This document shows positions 12,950 to 26,590 of a stretch of DNA of 64,000 nucleotides, piece after piece (the stretch's first letter is position 1; the number at the start of each line of letters is the position of its first letter). The notes beneath the pieces were generated by a model. It was not told the origin of the DNA, did not search any database, and was given only the letters and a program-made list of their open reading frames with translations. Position numbers and translations under genes: made by a program. The stretch is taken from assembly GCA_951406725.2 (NCBI GenBank), contig OX597818.1, forward strand, positions 28,706,001-28,770,000. The letters run 5' to 3'. Source of the stretch: Octopus vulgaris. Lineage: Eukaryota.

Positions 12950-15012
12950 CAGACATTGACCAATAAAGCAATGAAACCTTCACACTTGAAGTATCACTTT
13001 GATGCAAAGCATTCTGACAAGAAGGACAAGCCATAAAAATACTTTTTGCAACTGAGCTCCTCTTTCAAAATGTAAATACCGACATTGAACATGCTACTCC
13101 AGGAAACTAGTAAACAGGAGAATGATGGTTTGATTGCATCATACAACATTGAATTGCTTGTTGCTAAGTCCGGGAAGTTTCATACAATTGGAGAAACACT
13201 ACTTCACCCAGTTATTGAAGAGGTTTAGAGGTTTTGTCAACCATTATACATGAGAAACCTGATAACATTATGAAGAAGATCCTACTTAGTAATAATACGA
13301 TTTCTTGAAGCATCAATAAAATGGCCAACGATGTCAAACACCAACTCATTAATATTCTCCAGCGTCCTGAATTTTCTATACAAGTGGCTGAGTCAACTGT
13401 TGTGGACAATCAATGTTTGATGATGGTATATGTTTGGTATTTCAGCAAAGACCTTCAACATTGTGAGGAAATGCTGTTCGCAGGGAAATTGTCACTTGAT
13501 TCAAGAGGTGCAGCTATTTTTCACACTCTCAAGTCTTTCCTTTTTGAATGTAATATCCCACTCAGTAATCTTCTTGCGTGTGCGTCTGATGGAGCCCCTT
13601 CGATGATAGGAAGATACAGAGGATTTTCATCTCTCCTAAAGCGTGAAATTTCCCACCAGATACTAGCTCTGTTCATTGCTTGGCACACCGGCAGCATTTA
13701 GTGGCAAAAAATATGGATAGTAGATTTAATGATGTGCAAAAGTTAGTTATCAAGACTGTGAACAAACTGAAGTCCAGTCCCTTGTCTGATCGAATTTTCC
13801 ACCAACTCTGTCAAAGAAATGATGAGGACCATTCCAAACTCTTATACTATACTGAAGTGTGGTGGCTGTCAAAAGCAAACTGTGTTTTATGCTTTGTTGA
13901 ACTGTTTCATATAATCAGTTTTCTTTGAAACTACTCCACTATCTGCTTCATTGATGGCTGCAAGGTGCGATATCTATTTTCTTTGTGATATATTCACAAA
14001 ATTAAATGATTTGATTAAGTTATTGCAAGGAAACAGAAAAACTCTCATTGACTGTAAATCATTTATCACTTCCTTCATTTTGAAATTGATGTTGTATAAA
14101 ACTAACCTTTCAAAGCGTCAGTTTCATCAATTTCCACAACTTGATTCTTTGAAAGATGTATTAGTTGACGAGGATTTAGCTACATATCGCAGCTATTTAC
14201 AATCATTGCACAATAACACGGGGGAATGATTTCAAGATGTTATTGTGATGAATATTCCAAATTGGTATAGCAATCCATTTGAGGTCGATACAGTCGATTG
14301 CGAGGATGACATTCAGTAGAAATTGATAGAATTACAAAATGACAATGATGCCACAATACAGTATCACTGTAATGGCAAAGAAGGTTTGTGGTACCATCAG
14401 AGTATATTGAATTCCTACCCCAGTCAGTGGAAACATCTGAAATTTCTTTTGCTTGCCTTCCCTACCTCATACCGGGTTGAATCTGGTTTTAATCATGCTG
14501 GAACTTTACTTTCCCCATAAAAGAATTGGACTGGATGTAACAACGAGGAGACTTGCGACTAAACCTGACAAGTTTGAAACCAAAAGTAACTTCACTAGTT
14601 GCATCGCACCAGACACATAGTTCTCATTAAAAAGTTGTACTCTTTTCCTTTATCATATAATCATTAATTATTTTTGCATTGGTAGTTCTAATCAATGGTT
14701 CATTCGGAGAAAATGAAAATCAGTGTAACAGAAAGAGCAAGTTTCCATGAGTTAATCTGTCTGAAAATTATAGAGTTAATGTTAGTCTTTTATTGAAACT
14801 ATGGCAAAACTAATCCTGCATATTTAGTACAAACGGCACTAACAGAGCAACGAGTCTACGATATAGTGTGTGTGTCAAATGATATGGGGAGGAGGGGATT
14901 TTGTGTTGTTGGGGTTGTGTCAGGGTTATTTCACACAGGAGGGCGATGGAGCATTTTTCAGTCGAGAGGTGGACGATGTTGCAATTTGGTGTGAAAAGTT
15001 TGAGAAACACTG
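12950..15012 (+). mobile_element. Decayed hAT (Charlie/Buster, ZBED5/SCAND3-like) DNA transposon, 5' truncated
   Basis: AMKPSHLK.H, FSIQVAEST, ASDGAPSMIGRYRG, HRQHLVAK, TEVWWLSK, AFPTSYRVESGF; Charlie-type 3' TIR ...aagtttgagaaacactg at about 14996-15012. Confidence 0.88.
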
Positions 15013-15237
15013 AGTTAAATAAATGAACAGAATGATAGATGATTAAAAAGTGAGAGAATTTCTTAGCTTATGGGCTGGACATCATACGTCATGATATGAG
15101 GGTGTCAGATAGCACAGCAAGAAAGACAGGTTTAGGAGGAAAGCCATGTGTTTTATAGGCTACAGGCCAAGTGTGGTTGGCTTCATCACAAGGGAATCAA
15201 AAAAGCAGCAATGGACAATTATGAAATGGAAGGAAAC

Positions 15238-16280
15238 GTCATCATCATCATCGTTTAATGTCCATTTTCCATGCTAGCATGGGTTGGACGGTTCAACTGG
15301 GGTCTGGGAAGCCAGAAGGCTGTGCCAGGCCCAGTCTGATCTGGCAGTGTTTCTACAGCTGGATGCCCTTCCTAACGGCAACCACTCCATGAGTGTAGTT
15401 GGTGCTTTTTATGTGCCACCTGCACAGGTGCCAGACGAGACTGGCAAACAGCTACGATCGGATGGTGCTTTTTATGTGCCAACGGCACGGGGGCCAGATG
15501 AGGCTGGCAACGGCCACAATCGGATGGTGCTTTTTATGTGCCACCAGCATGGAGACCAGTCAGGGCAGCGCTGGCAACGGCCATGTTTGGATGGTTCTCT
15601 TACATGCCATCGGCTCTGGTATCACAGCTACAATTCCCATTGATGTTGATCGATTTCGATTTTGATTTTCACTTGCCTCAACAGGTCTTCACAAGTAGGG
15701 TTTGTGTCACAAGAAGGAAAGGTATGCATAAGTGGGCTGGCTACATCCCAGGTAGAGGCCATGGGTTATGGTCTCACTTGTCCTGCCAGGTCTTCCCACG
15801 CACAGCATACTTCCAAAGGTCTTGGTCTCTGGTCATTTCCTCGGTGAGACCTAAAGTTCGAAGGTCGTGCTTCACCACCTTGTCCCAGGTTTTCCTAGGT
15901 CTACCTCTTCCACAGGTTCCCTCGACCGCTAGGGTGTGGAACTTTTTCACACAACTATCTTCATCCATTCTCGCTACATGACCATACCAGCACAAACGTC
16001 TTTCTTGTACACCACAACTGATGCTTCTTAGGTCCAACTTTTCTCTCAAGGTACTTACACTCTGTTGAGTATGAACACTAACATTACGCATCAATTGGAG
16101 CATACTGGCTTCATTTCTTGTGAGCTTACGCATATCCTCAGCAGTCATGGCCCAAGTTTCACTGCCATGTAGCATGGCTGTTCGTACACATGCGTCATAC
16201 AGTCTGCCTTTTACTCTGAGCGAGAGGCCTTTTGTCACCAGCAGAGGTAAGAGCTCTCTGAACTTTGCTCAGACCATTCT
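15238..16280 (-). mobile_element. RTE LINE 3' end with 3' UTR minisatellite
   Basis: ORF 15774-16238 (RLYDACVRTAMLHGSETW...GRGRPRKTW); about 55-60 bp repeats of ggtgctttttatgtgcc at 15400-15610. Confidence 0.9.
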
Positions 16281-16338
16281 TACCCCACTTTGCCAATATA
16301 TATAAACACATAAGCACACATACCTGTATGTATGCACA

Positions 16339-17712
16339 TATCTTATATATTAAAAGGCAAGTTGTCTGTCTGTGTGTTGTGTGAACCACTTCTACTCCTA
16401 CAATTTTCAACCAAATTTCACCAAATTTGACATGTGTACTCTCTTTGACTTAGGACACTTTTTCTTATAATTTTTCCCCGAAATTCCGTGCTCCCAACAT
16501 AAATAAACTACTCTCAATTCACCTAAGATATGAACCCACCATGTCTATGCAATGGTAAGTGTACAATTTTCAGTGCTTCTTTAGAAGTGCACCTCTCCCA
16601 GAAAATGATGCTTAATTTCTAGAAAAATCATGAAAATGGGAAATATATCCAAAATAAATGAAGTATGCAAAAAATTAGGAAGATTCCTCTATTTTTAAAT
16701 ATTTTATACTAAAAAATAAAACACGGAAAATGGACACTCATGAATATAAATAAACATGTTGGCGATACAAGGGGTAGTAACTTGTATATATAAAATTAAG
16801 AATGTGCGTCTATCTGTGTGAATCCCTAAAACTAGAGAACTACACAACCGATTTCATTCAAATTTTACACATGCCTTACTTAGGGTCTATGCAGTGTCAA
16901 AGGCGAAAAAAGTTTCAACTTCTTGCCTAATGCGAACCTAGAGCAATGTCCTATCTCTTATACTATTTCAGTTTACATCTCTATTGTTATGTGAGATAAT
17001 ACTTGCAGATTGAAAGAAGTCTGTCCTATATATATATATATTCCTTGTGCATTCCAAAACGAAGTTACTGATTTTGATGTATAGGGTATCAAAAGATTCA
17101 GTACTATTTCAACTACAAATTAAACTCAATTTCCATTCACATATTTGCATTTCAAAAATTTAACAGTGTAATCTTTTCCATAAATCAACTATCGTAAACA
17201 TTTTATACGATGATGTCACATGTTCTATATGTGTGTGTACCTTAAAAGACATCAATCTTCACGACACACACCTTCACTCACTCACTCTCTCTCTCTCTCT
17301 CTCTAACACACACACGTCCATTTCATATACATGTACATACATCTTTCACTTTCTCTCTGTCTTTTTTGCTTTCTCTTCTTTCAATTTTGGCTCTCTTCAA
17401 ATAGATTTCTATGGAATGAGTGAGAAAATGAGAAAATGAGCCACCACAGCAGAATGAAGATAGTTAAACATGAATTTATGCCAACGTCAAAGTTCAAAGG
17501 CAAGTCTATAACCTCATTGGTTCCCTGTTACCCACAAATGAACAACTACAGTTCTTCAAATTTACTTTATGAGTGATGTAGGACAAGAAACCCAAAGGTG
17601 TCAAAATTTCAGGTGATGGGTCGTGTTAGACACAGCACTGACTGCTGCAAAGGTGAGTATATCTACTGACAGCTTTTCAGTGTGTTCAAAAATCACATAA
17701 ACCCCAGCCCCA
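16339..17712 (+). mobile_element. Helitron-like 5' ends and Rep-region fragment
   Basis: Two TCTT/TATATA-type 5' ends with ctgtctgt and caaccgatttc motifs (16339, about 16785; another copy at 25597). 17470-17560 encodes a frameshifted FMPT.KV.GQVYNLIGSLLP, typical of Helitron RepHel N-terminal regions. Confidence 0.6.
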
Positions 17713-18285
17713 ATTATATTGTTCAGACTATTATGGCTGTTGGTTGGTAGTGGTCATTAAGGAGTTGATAACTAGTCCAGGAACCTTTTGATACCGCCTC
17801 ATATATATATATATCTGTTTGTGTCTGCCTTCCAATTGCTGTTTTTACTGAGATCTCCCTTTTTAGTAGAAGAAATAGCTATAACTCTTTGACTGCTATT
17901 TCTAAATGGAATGAGTGAGAAAATGAGAAAATGAGGCCACCACAGCAGAATGAAGATAGTTAAACATGAATTTATGCCAACGTCAAAGTTCATGGAAGGC
18001 AAGTCTATAACCTCATTGGTTCCCTGTTACCCACAAATGAACAACTACAGTTCTTCAAATTTACTTTATGAGTGATGTAGGACAAGAAACCCAAAGGTGT
18101 CAAAATTTCAGGTGATGGGTCGTGTTAGACACAGCACTGACTGCTGCAAAGGTGAGTATATCTACTGACAGCTTTTCAGTGTGTTCAAAAATCACATAAA
18201 CCCCAGCCCCAATTATATTGTTCAGACTATTATGGCTGTTGGTTGGTAGTGGTCATTAAGGAGTTGATAACTAGTCCAGGAACCT
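17411..18285 (+). repeat. Near-identical direct duplication (about 375 bp; 17411-17786 and 17906-18285)
   Basis: The two copies differ only by a few small changes on direct comparison. Confidence 0.92.
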
Positions 18286-18286
18286 A

Positions 18287-18332
<46 letters not shown>

Positions 18333-18335
<3 letters not shown>

Positions 18336-18740
18336 GGAGTGGCTGTGTGGTAAGTAGCTTGCTAACCAACCACATGGCTCCGGGTTCAGTCCCACTGCGT
18401 GGCATCTTGGGCAAGTGTCTTCTGCTATAGCCCCGGGCCGACCAATGCCTTGTGAGTGGATTTGGTAGACGGAAACTGAAAGAAGCCTGTCGTATATATG
18501 TATATATATATATGTGTGTGTGTATGTGTGTGTGTTTGTGTGTTTGTCCCCCTAGCATTGCTTGACAACCGATGCTGGTGTGTTTACGTCCCCGTCACTT
18601 AGCGGTTCGGCAAAAGAGACCGATAGAATAAGTACTGGGCTTACAAAGAATAAGTCCCGGGGTCGATTTGCTCGACTAAAGGCGGTGCTCCAGCATGGCC
18701 GCAGTCAAATGACTGAAACAAGTAAAAGATAAAAAGATAG
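18333..18740 (+). mobile_element. Full-length tRNA-derived SINE with internal (TA)/(TG) tract
   Basis: A-box-like gtggctgtgtggtaag, B-box-like ggttcagtccc, 3' gactgaaacaagtaaaaga tail; older copies at about 12750(-), 40490 and 60718. Confidence 0.85.
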
Positions 18741-19030
18741 AAGAAACCTCTAACTCTCTTCCAAGAGGTTGTGAATCCAACCAACTGAGGGATAATATCT
18801 ATCCAATATACTGGTGATATATTTTTGCCTAATTTGTTGTTTATGTTGTCAGTTATCCATTAACCAACCATAACAAAGTCATGGCCTTTCAAAACAATAA
18901 ATGACCAATTAGATTACCCACTCCTCTCTTCCTGCAGGATTTCAGCTAATATCACAGGTATTAATATAAACTCTAACCCACATATTGTGGACCGTTACCT
19001 CTAGCCCTCAATAGGGCTATATATACATCT

Positions 19031-19090
<60 letters not shown>

Positions 19091-19632
19091 TCCTCATTTA
19101 TGTACCTTTTCATTCCAACATAACTACAATAATCTTAAGATATATTGATTATTTAAATTTCACTTTTATTTCTCTTTTGATAATTTTTCTTTCCTCTGTT
19201 TATACTTTATCTAATAACAGTAATGTAATATATCTAATAATAATAATAATTGATTCCCTTTTTTGCATATACATAGACATATAAAGGTATAGATAAGTAT
19301 TTATGTATATTTATGTATATGTGAAAGTGTGTATATACGTATGTATTTATATTTCTAAAGTCTCTGACGAAGACCGGAGACAACCAAGTACCATAATCTT
19401 ATCTACCAAATACTTCACTGAAACAGCTAAGATACTATTCTACTTTCTATGCTCTACGTTACATATTTTAATAATTACTGGTAGTTTTATATTTTATATA
19501 TTATATATGTAAAATATATGTTATACATGTATGTATATTGTTATAACTGTTATTTTAAATAATTAAATAGACATAATATAATGTCTAAAATTTTATGAAT
19601 ACCACTTCCTGATCCCCTCCATTTTGTTATTG

Positions 19633-19686
<54 letters not shown>

Positions 19687-19689
19687 ATA

Positions 19690-19915
19690 TATATATATCA
19701 ACATTCCTATCCAATATGACACAGAGAAGGAAGAGTAAGCAGATAATATGGAACATTACCAAAGCCAATAGACACTTGGTTAAGGGCACCAAATGTACAC
19801 TTCGCATTACTGAAAAGCTAAACTTTGTCCAATCAAAAAAATATCTTAAACATTAGGGATGGAGGCTTCACTCCCTGCATGCATAACCAATATTCTTCAC
19901 TCTGACATTTCAAAG
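19690..19915 (+). mobile_element. Penelope-like GIY-YIG endonuclease C-terminal fragment
   Basis: IWNITKA...GTKCTL..TEK....LN.R....CMH pattern; inverted copy at 37096-37330. Confidence 0.65.
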
Positions 19916-19959
19916 AGGAGCCACTCATTCTGTTGATTTAACCAGGATAGGTTTTCCTC

Positions 19960-21345
19960 TGAACATGAACAGTAAATATATACATCATATGATCTTTACA
20001 GATAGAAGATACATGCCCTCATGTCAGCCAAACAGTGAACGTGTATATTCTATCTCCCCTAACTCTAACGATGAAAACTGCAAGCATCTTGGAATCCATG
20101 AGAATGTTGCACACATTGTATACGGAATAACAAAAGAGTACTTCAGCAGGCTTCAGAGCTGTCTGCATTTAGCAAGATCGTATCTCACCATGCCTATACA
20201 GTGATAGTGTTAATACTAACATTTGAGATACTGAACTGGAAACTTTACAAGATCTGCAACCAGGACATCTAAACTAAAAAGGTACTGACCATCACTGTTA
20301 ACTTCCTCAGTAGCAGTGACACTCATAGGATTTATGTGGGACAAAAAATGTTGGTAGATGGATAAGGTCAGTACAAACCGCCTTTGAATGTCACAGACAA
20401 CATCTGCTGAATGGTAAAGAAAGAAATGGATACACTCCATGCATACTCAAAAGTTAAAGAATCTTCAGTGCTGGAGTGAAACTGTGCAGCTACTCTGAGA
20501 ATATTACTGTCTCATGCAACCCAAAGATTGGACTGACTATCTAAACAGAAGCTTGGAGGTGAAGTAGGCATCATACTAGCAAAACCAATGCATGAGTACA
20601 TAAAACTAGAGGATAACAGCAATGACATTAACAGTGACCTCTCTTGGACCTGTGATTTGATACACTACATTCCACCTGGAAGGGGATGCCTTTGCTATCC
20701 AGGAACCTGCTAACAAAAGAGTGGAAAATACCACCAAATTTCTGTGTCCCGATAGAAAATGTTGGCTTTGCTATACGAGTGTTGAAAATTTTACCTATAT
20801 CAGCAGCAGCTACCCCAAAACATCTACGAAATATTACCTACCCTTGAGATAAGATATAGTGGCAAAGACTATTTACAATGCTACCTGTAGGAAGGATTGT
20901 CCGACATATACATCAAAGCATGTCAGAACCAGTATGTATTCACGCCTTTAAAAACAAAGAATACTAGTGGAAAGCTCCAATAGAAACTGCAGTTCGGTGC
21001 AGACATAATAGACCTGGTGTGACAGGGAACAAAAGTCATGTCCTGCTGTAGAGATAAGTTACCCAGCAGATGTGAATTTAGATCAAAAGTTCAGGGAAAA
21101 GTTAACATTTATGGTGTACTAAAGCAGAACTTACAGCTCTTGTACTCTGACTATGAATTCCCGTTTATACCTATTACCGTAGGTGCATTAGGTTATGTAC
21201 CTGCAAATTTACACAAAAACCTAGAAATACTAAGTTTCTTTTTTTAGGAATGAGCGAAGGAAAGTGACATGGATTCTCTAAATTTAATCTATGAGCTGTA
21301 CAGTAAAAATTTATAAGACATTCCAAAGATTCTCCATCTGAGATT
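19960..21345 (+). mobile_element. Decayed R4/Dong-like RLE non-LTR retrotransposon 3' part
   Basis: EGDAFAIQE, CWLC..VE zinc knuckle, LR.DIVAK, HNRP, IPITVGALG; the sister copy shows KIWNSELSA. Confidence 0.7.
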
Positions 21346-22196
21346 CTTTACACGAACAGATACACACACTTCAGAGTCTCCATCGAGAGTTTAACCGACA
21401 TATGCTTTCAACCACATATTTACTAATACTGGAAATTCTTTTCAATCAAAATTCTTTTTGTTCTGTTAGCGACCGGCTTCAACTTCCTTGAGATGAACGT
21501 AAATAAAACTCAAAGGAAAACAAACAGTCGGTCTTCCATTAGTCGCATATTATTATGTAGACAAAGGGAGATCACTCCAACAGCAATGAGACTAGAAATG
21601 AAAAGAATGACGGTCTAAGGGAAGTAATTCAAGGAAGTTGTACTCGGATTTTTCTACTCTTGGCACAAGGCGCAACGGGATGGAGCCAGTCGATTAGATC
21701 GACTTCAGTATGCAACTGGTACTTAATTTATCGACCCCGAAGGGATGAAAGGCAAAGTCGACCTCGGAGAGATTTGAACTCAAAATGTAAAGACAGACGA
21801 AATACTGCTATGCATTTCACCCAGCGTGCTAACGTTTTCTGCCAGCTCGCCCCCTTAAGATGGACCCGGATCGCAATATCTTTGTGCTCAGCTTCCTAGT
21901 TTGCAAAGATCTATCTATTATGTATTCACATACCTAGTTCACGTGTTAATCGTGTGGATTAAACAAAGTTCACTTGGATTAATACGTACAGAAAGTGCAT
22001 ACTTGTCTTCAAAAACAATTGCTGGTAATATTGCTTACGGTAAAACTTGTAAATGATACGTAAAGAATAAATTATAGAAATGAAGAATATAAAAGAAAAT
22101 TTGTGCACATCAGCGCATGGGACCGCTACCTCTTATGGTAGCTCTCTCTCTCTCTCTCGAATATCTCCTAAGTTACAAAAACTACTACACTAACTA

Positions 22197-23345
22197 CCGT
22201 AATCCGGGGTGAATAGGGACAATAACCGAGAAAAAATATTTTAGAACAATAAAGTTGAGATTACTCAAATTGTTCTCGTTTCTTTCTAGTTATTTGTAGG
22301 TACATATATATGCCTTTCGGAACTTTCTTTCTGCAGGAGACGTTGTACCAGCGAGGGTGTTCCGACCCGCTCAGTTTCTTGCAGCAGGTTTCCAAACACA
22401 CAGTGCACGTGACTGATTTCCTCGGAAAATCCATTGGTATCCTTACCACCGCCTATTTCTGCTTTCACCCCTATTTTGGTGTTTTGTAGTGGTGAATAGG
22501 GATACCATGCCGCGACAGTAGAAACCAGTTCCTGGGAAGAAAAATACGCCAAAATAGATCCTGAGCGACTAGAGGCCGCCAAAAGAGCTGTCGTCAAAGG
22601 AATGACACTCAGAAAAGCAGAAGAGGACTTCAAAATTCCATCAAGTTGGGGAAAAATATCAAGAAACGTGGTGGACAGGCTGTTTTATTTTCAGGTGAAG
22701 AGGAAATTCTTGCTCAAAGGCTCGTGCTGTGCGCCTCTTGCGGCTATCCGATGGACTCCTATGATTTGCGACTGATCGTTAAAGGATACCTGGATCGTCG
22801 AGGTGTCGATGTGAAAAGATTCAAAGGGAATATGCCTGGTGTAGATTGGGCTGGTTTGATCTTCAAAGTTTCATTGACTGGTTTACAACCATAGCCTTAC
22901 CTTATCTCATATGTTGAAACCTAAATCGTGTTTATTCTGCCAATAATAATCTGTTCATTTTGTGTTACTTTGTTTACCTGTAATACATCTAGTCTTTTTA
23001 ATTCTGCCAATAATCTGTTCCTTTCATGTCACTCTGTTTACTTGTAATACATGTAGTCAATATTCTATTCACTTCGTATCACTTTCTTTACCCATAGTTT
23101 TTTTATTTGTCCGTATTGACCCTACAGCTAGTTGAATAGGTCCAATAGTGTGTTGTGGATAACTGTCCCTATTCACCCCAAAAGACGGGGTAAATAGGGA
23201 CAGTGGTTTTTGATTTTAAAAAAATGTGTATGCCAACGAATTTTGATAAAGTTTCAATGCGCGTCGGTAGGTTACCAGTAGGGACATAAACCCCACTAAA
23301 TTAATCAGTAAATTCTATTGCAGTCGCAATAGCATTTACTGATTA
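22197..23345 (+). mobile_element. Non-autonomous pogo/Tigger-like element (HTH-psq/CENP-B-like N-terminus), 3' TIR lost
   Basis: TA followed by TIR CCGTAATCCGGGGTGAATAGGGAC; GMTLRKAEEDFKIP and EEEILAQRL...GYP...DLR...F.GNMPG.DWA. Confidence 0.8.
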
Positions 23346-23819
23346 ATTTCAAGCCCTCTGCTATCAGCCAGTTAGCCATAACAAACATTCTTTGGACGAA
23401 AAGAAACTGCAGTCCCTGAGTCAAACACACTGCATGATTTGGGGATTTATATGCGCATCGTTTCATGTATAAAGGATCAAGATGGCTGGTGAAGGACCAG
23501 AAGAGTATACATGTTCTATGGAGTGAAGATGGAAAAGGTGTGTAGTGATATAGTTATGGGAACTTCTGGTATAACTATTCTTTGGCATGAAGAGTTATAC
23601 CAGCCCCCAACTGGATGTCACTGTTCCACAAGTGCCACCCAACCCATCTAGAGTGAGGAACAGGAACTGCAATAACTTGTAATTTAAATATCTTGCAAAA
23701 GATCTGTGAAATGTACATGAGGTGGTGGGGTAGATGTTTTCATGAAAAAACTTGACCCCCTTGCTGTCCAAGGTGCCAGATGAACCAACATCACAACAGG
23801 AAACTTGAAAGAGGGCAGT

Positions 23820-24135
23820 AATTTCAGATGATGGGTCGTTTTAGACACAGCACCGACTGCTGCAAAAGAGAGTATATCCACTGACAGCTTTTTGGTGTCT
23901 TCAAAAATCACATAACCGCTGCCCGCAATTTTCCATGACATACTCCAATTTTTCATGAGATACTCTAAATGGACACATAGCATGTTGCTTAGTCGAATTA
24001 GCCATCATTTACTCCACAAATGTTTTGTTGTCAATGCTGTACTTTCCCATATCGTCTGTTTCAACATAACTGTAATATATTATATACAAACTATGCCATT
24101 TTCATCTTGAGTAATGCCAAGTATCGCTGCTAGTA
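23820..24135 (+). mobile_element. Helitron 3' end remnant
   Basis: Shares about 105 bp with 17606-17714 and ends in a decayed hairpin plus ctag (cttgagtaatgccaagtatcgctgctagt). Confidence 0.5.
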
Positions 24136-25119
24136 TATAATATATCCCCATGCAGTGCTTCTAGAAAACATTTTTATCATAGTGAGCAAGTTTTCATAAG
24201 AACTTCATATCACCAAATATGCCAATCGTTTGTTATTTTCGTCTGTGATGTTCAGAGTCCTGAGGTCAACCTCGATTACTTTATTCTGTATCTTCCTGGA
24301 TCTTCATCATTTACAGGCTCTAGCTATATTTAGTGATCATCACATTTTATACAGCTGTCCTCATCCATTTACATCACATCTCATACCAGAATAGTCTTTT
24401 CTCTTGCACATTACATGATTCCTCTTAGTACATCACATTACATTGATTCCTCTTAGTATAAATGTCTTTTTCTCAGGTCATTTATATTGTAATGTTCATG
24501 CATTCTTACCTTGCACATCCAAAAGAGCATGCTAACTTTATTTCTTTCCAACCTATTATGTTCTCTGCATTCAAGGCCCATGTCTCACTGGCGTGCAGCA
24601 TTGCAGTTCTAACACATGTAACATATATTCTGCCTTTCCTTATGGAGGAAAAGACCTTTGTTTTCAGCAGTGCTAGTAAATCCCTGAGCTTTTCCAGCCC
24701 ATTCTTACTCTGAGTACTATGCTTTCAGAGTAATCTTGCTAATCACATCTCCCATGTAAGAAAAGCCATCAATTACTTATAGTGAATTGCCTTGGCATTT
24801 AAGTGGCTCAGTTTCTAGAGTGCTAGTATGAGCTACAATGCATCAACTACATATGAAGCCATCATTTTCAGATGGTCAGTCAGCTATGAGGTTGGTGCAT
24901 GTCATCAGTGGCCTGGTAAGGGGAGGTACAGACATACACCATCCCCAAAAGATCCATCTACGAAAATGGCTCAAAAACCAGAAATTGGTGGGGCGCTGAT
25001 CAATTAAGGTCAATCCAAAGTTTTCAATAGGGTTGACCACTGGTACCTGGTAGCAGTCCTCAAGACAGCCAGTTTTGGGCCCATATTCAAGGTATGGATC
25101 ACTCTAATGTACAGTAACA

Positions 25120-26590
25120 CCTGTTCAATAGTTAGAGTGAGCAGTCACCTCTTGGAACTGTTCAACGTCATACACTTGGTCTGCCAGTTTGTCTCCTCTA
25201 CTCTCATCTCTGTTGTATTTATTGACTCTCAAACAACTAGTGTACCATCTGGATACACTGTGGGGAATACTGTGTGAGCATTTGCTGATGATGTCAAAAA
25301 CCAAAATCATTGAGATGATTGGGACTGCACTTAGGGAGTATAAAGGAGTGAAAATTAACCAGGTAAAGTCAGAGGGCTTGCAGCTTGGCACCTGGAAAGA
25401 AAAGTCTATGCTATTCAACAGCATTGTTGAGTGCTGGATGGACAGATTGGCTAAATTGCTTAGGGTCTAGTTTTATATTGACCTCCAGATTGACAAAAAT
25501 AAAACTGGGATGGAGTGATGAGCGAGGTGACTACTCTCATCCAGAAATGTCCTGAGAGGAAGCTTTCCTTGAAGGGTTGGGCAGAAGTGGCTAATGTATA
25601 AAAATAAGAATGTGTGTCTATCTGTCTGTCTGCGTGAATCCCTAAAATTTGAGAACTACACAACCGATTTCACTCAAATTTTACACATGCCTTACTTAGG
25701 GTCTATGCAGTGTCATGGGCTAAAAAAGTTTCAACTTCTTGCCTAATGCAAGCCTAGAGCAATCTCTTATCTCTTACATTATTTCAGTATTACTATTGTA
25801 ATGTGTGAATACTTTCAGTTTGAAAGAAGTCTAGCGTCCATTAGCTAGGGGACCAAGTTAGTAGTAGGGATGGATGCTCTGAAAGCGTAGCTGCTAGAAT
25901 AAGAATAGCCTGGGCAAAGTTCAGAGAGCTCCTACCTCTGCTGGTGACAAAGGACCTCTCGCTCAAAGTTAAAGGTAGACCGTATGATGCATGTGTACAA
26001 ACAGCCATGCTACATGGCAGCTATCCTTGAAGGGTTGGGCTGAAGTGGCTAATGTGTACATCTTGTTCATTATCTATTACCACCTGATCATCATGCTATG
26101 TCATGATCCCCACCTGGCTGCACTAAAGCATATACTCTTTCACATTTTGTGAAAGGGATGCATTCCCATGGTCAGGCAATCCATCTACTGTCCACACCCA
26201 CTGCATGGTTGGACTGGGCATGCCATGGCTTATGAGGTGCAAACATGCACTGATGCTATGGCATCTCCAATATCTCCAGTGAACAGATATGGTTGACGTT
26301 TGCCAGACATGTGTTGGCCTTGCTTGTCTTGTTGACAAGATTGTGAGAGAGAGCACTTGAAATATAGAATGTCTTCAAGCACTCGTAACCCTCAGTCAGT
26401 CACGTATGGTGATAGGTGGAAAATTCACTTCAGCATTCTATAGAGGATTAGTGGTGGGTAAAAGTGATGATATTCTTAGGGAGACTTTGGGCAGTGAAGA
26501 CCATCAACAAACTGCTCTCTCAGAGAAATTTCAGCCCAAAGCAGACAAATAATTTCTAGAAATCTCTGGCATGGCAGTGCTACTGGAGAG
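25120..26590 (+). mobile_element. Decayed L1/Tx1-clade LINE fragment, interrupted by a Helitron/RTE piece
   Basis: RT fragments (LSPLL, INQVKS, RKLSLKG.AEVAN); related to 27560-28800. Confidence 0.6.

Noticed and set aside
12950-14630. Domesticated ZBED5/SCAND3-type host gene
   Set aside because: Multiple stops and frameshifts and a retained TIR indicate a dead transposon.
15400-15610. CRISPR-like repeat/spacer appearance
   Set aside because: Degenerate minisatellite in a LINE 3' UTR; eukaryotic DNA with no cas genes.
18333-18410. tRNA genes at SINE heads or at the 3092 tRNA-Trp match
   Set aside because: No full cloverleaf; these are SINE promoters and a 17-nt PBS.
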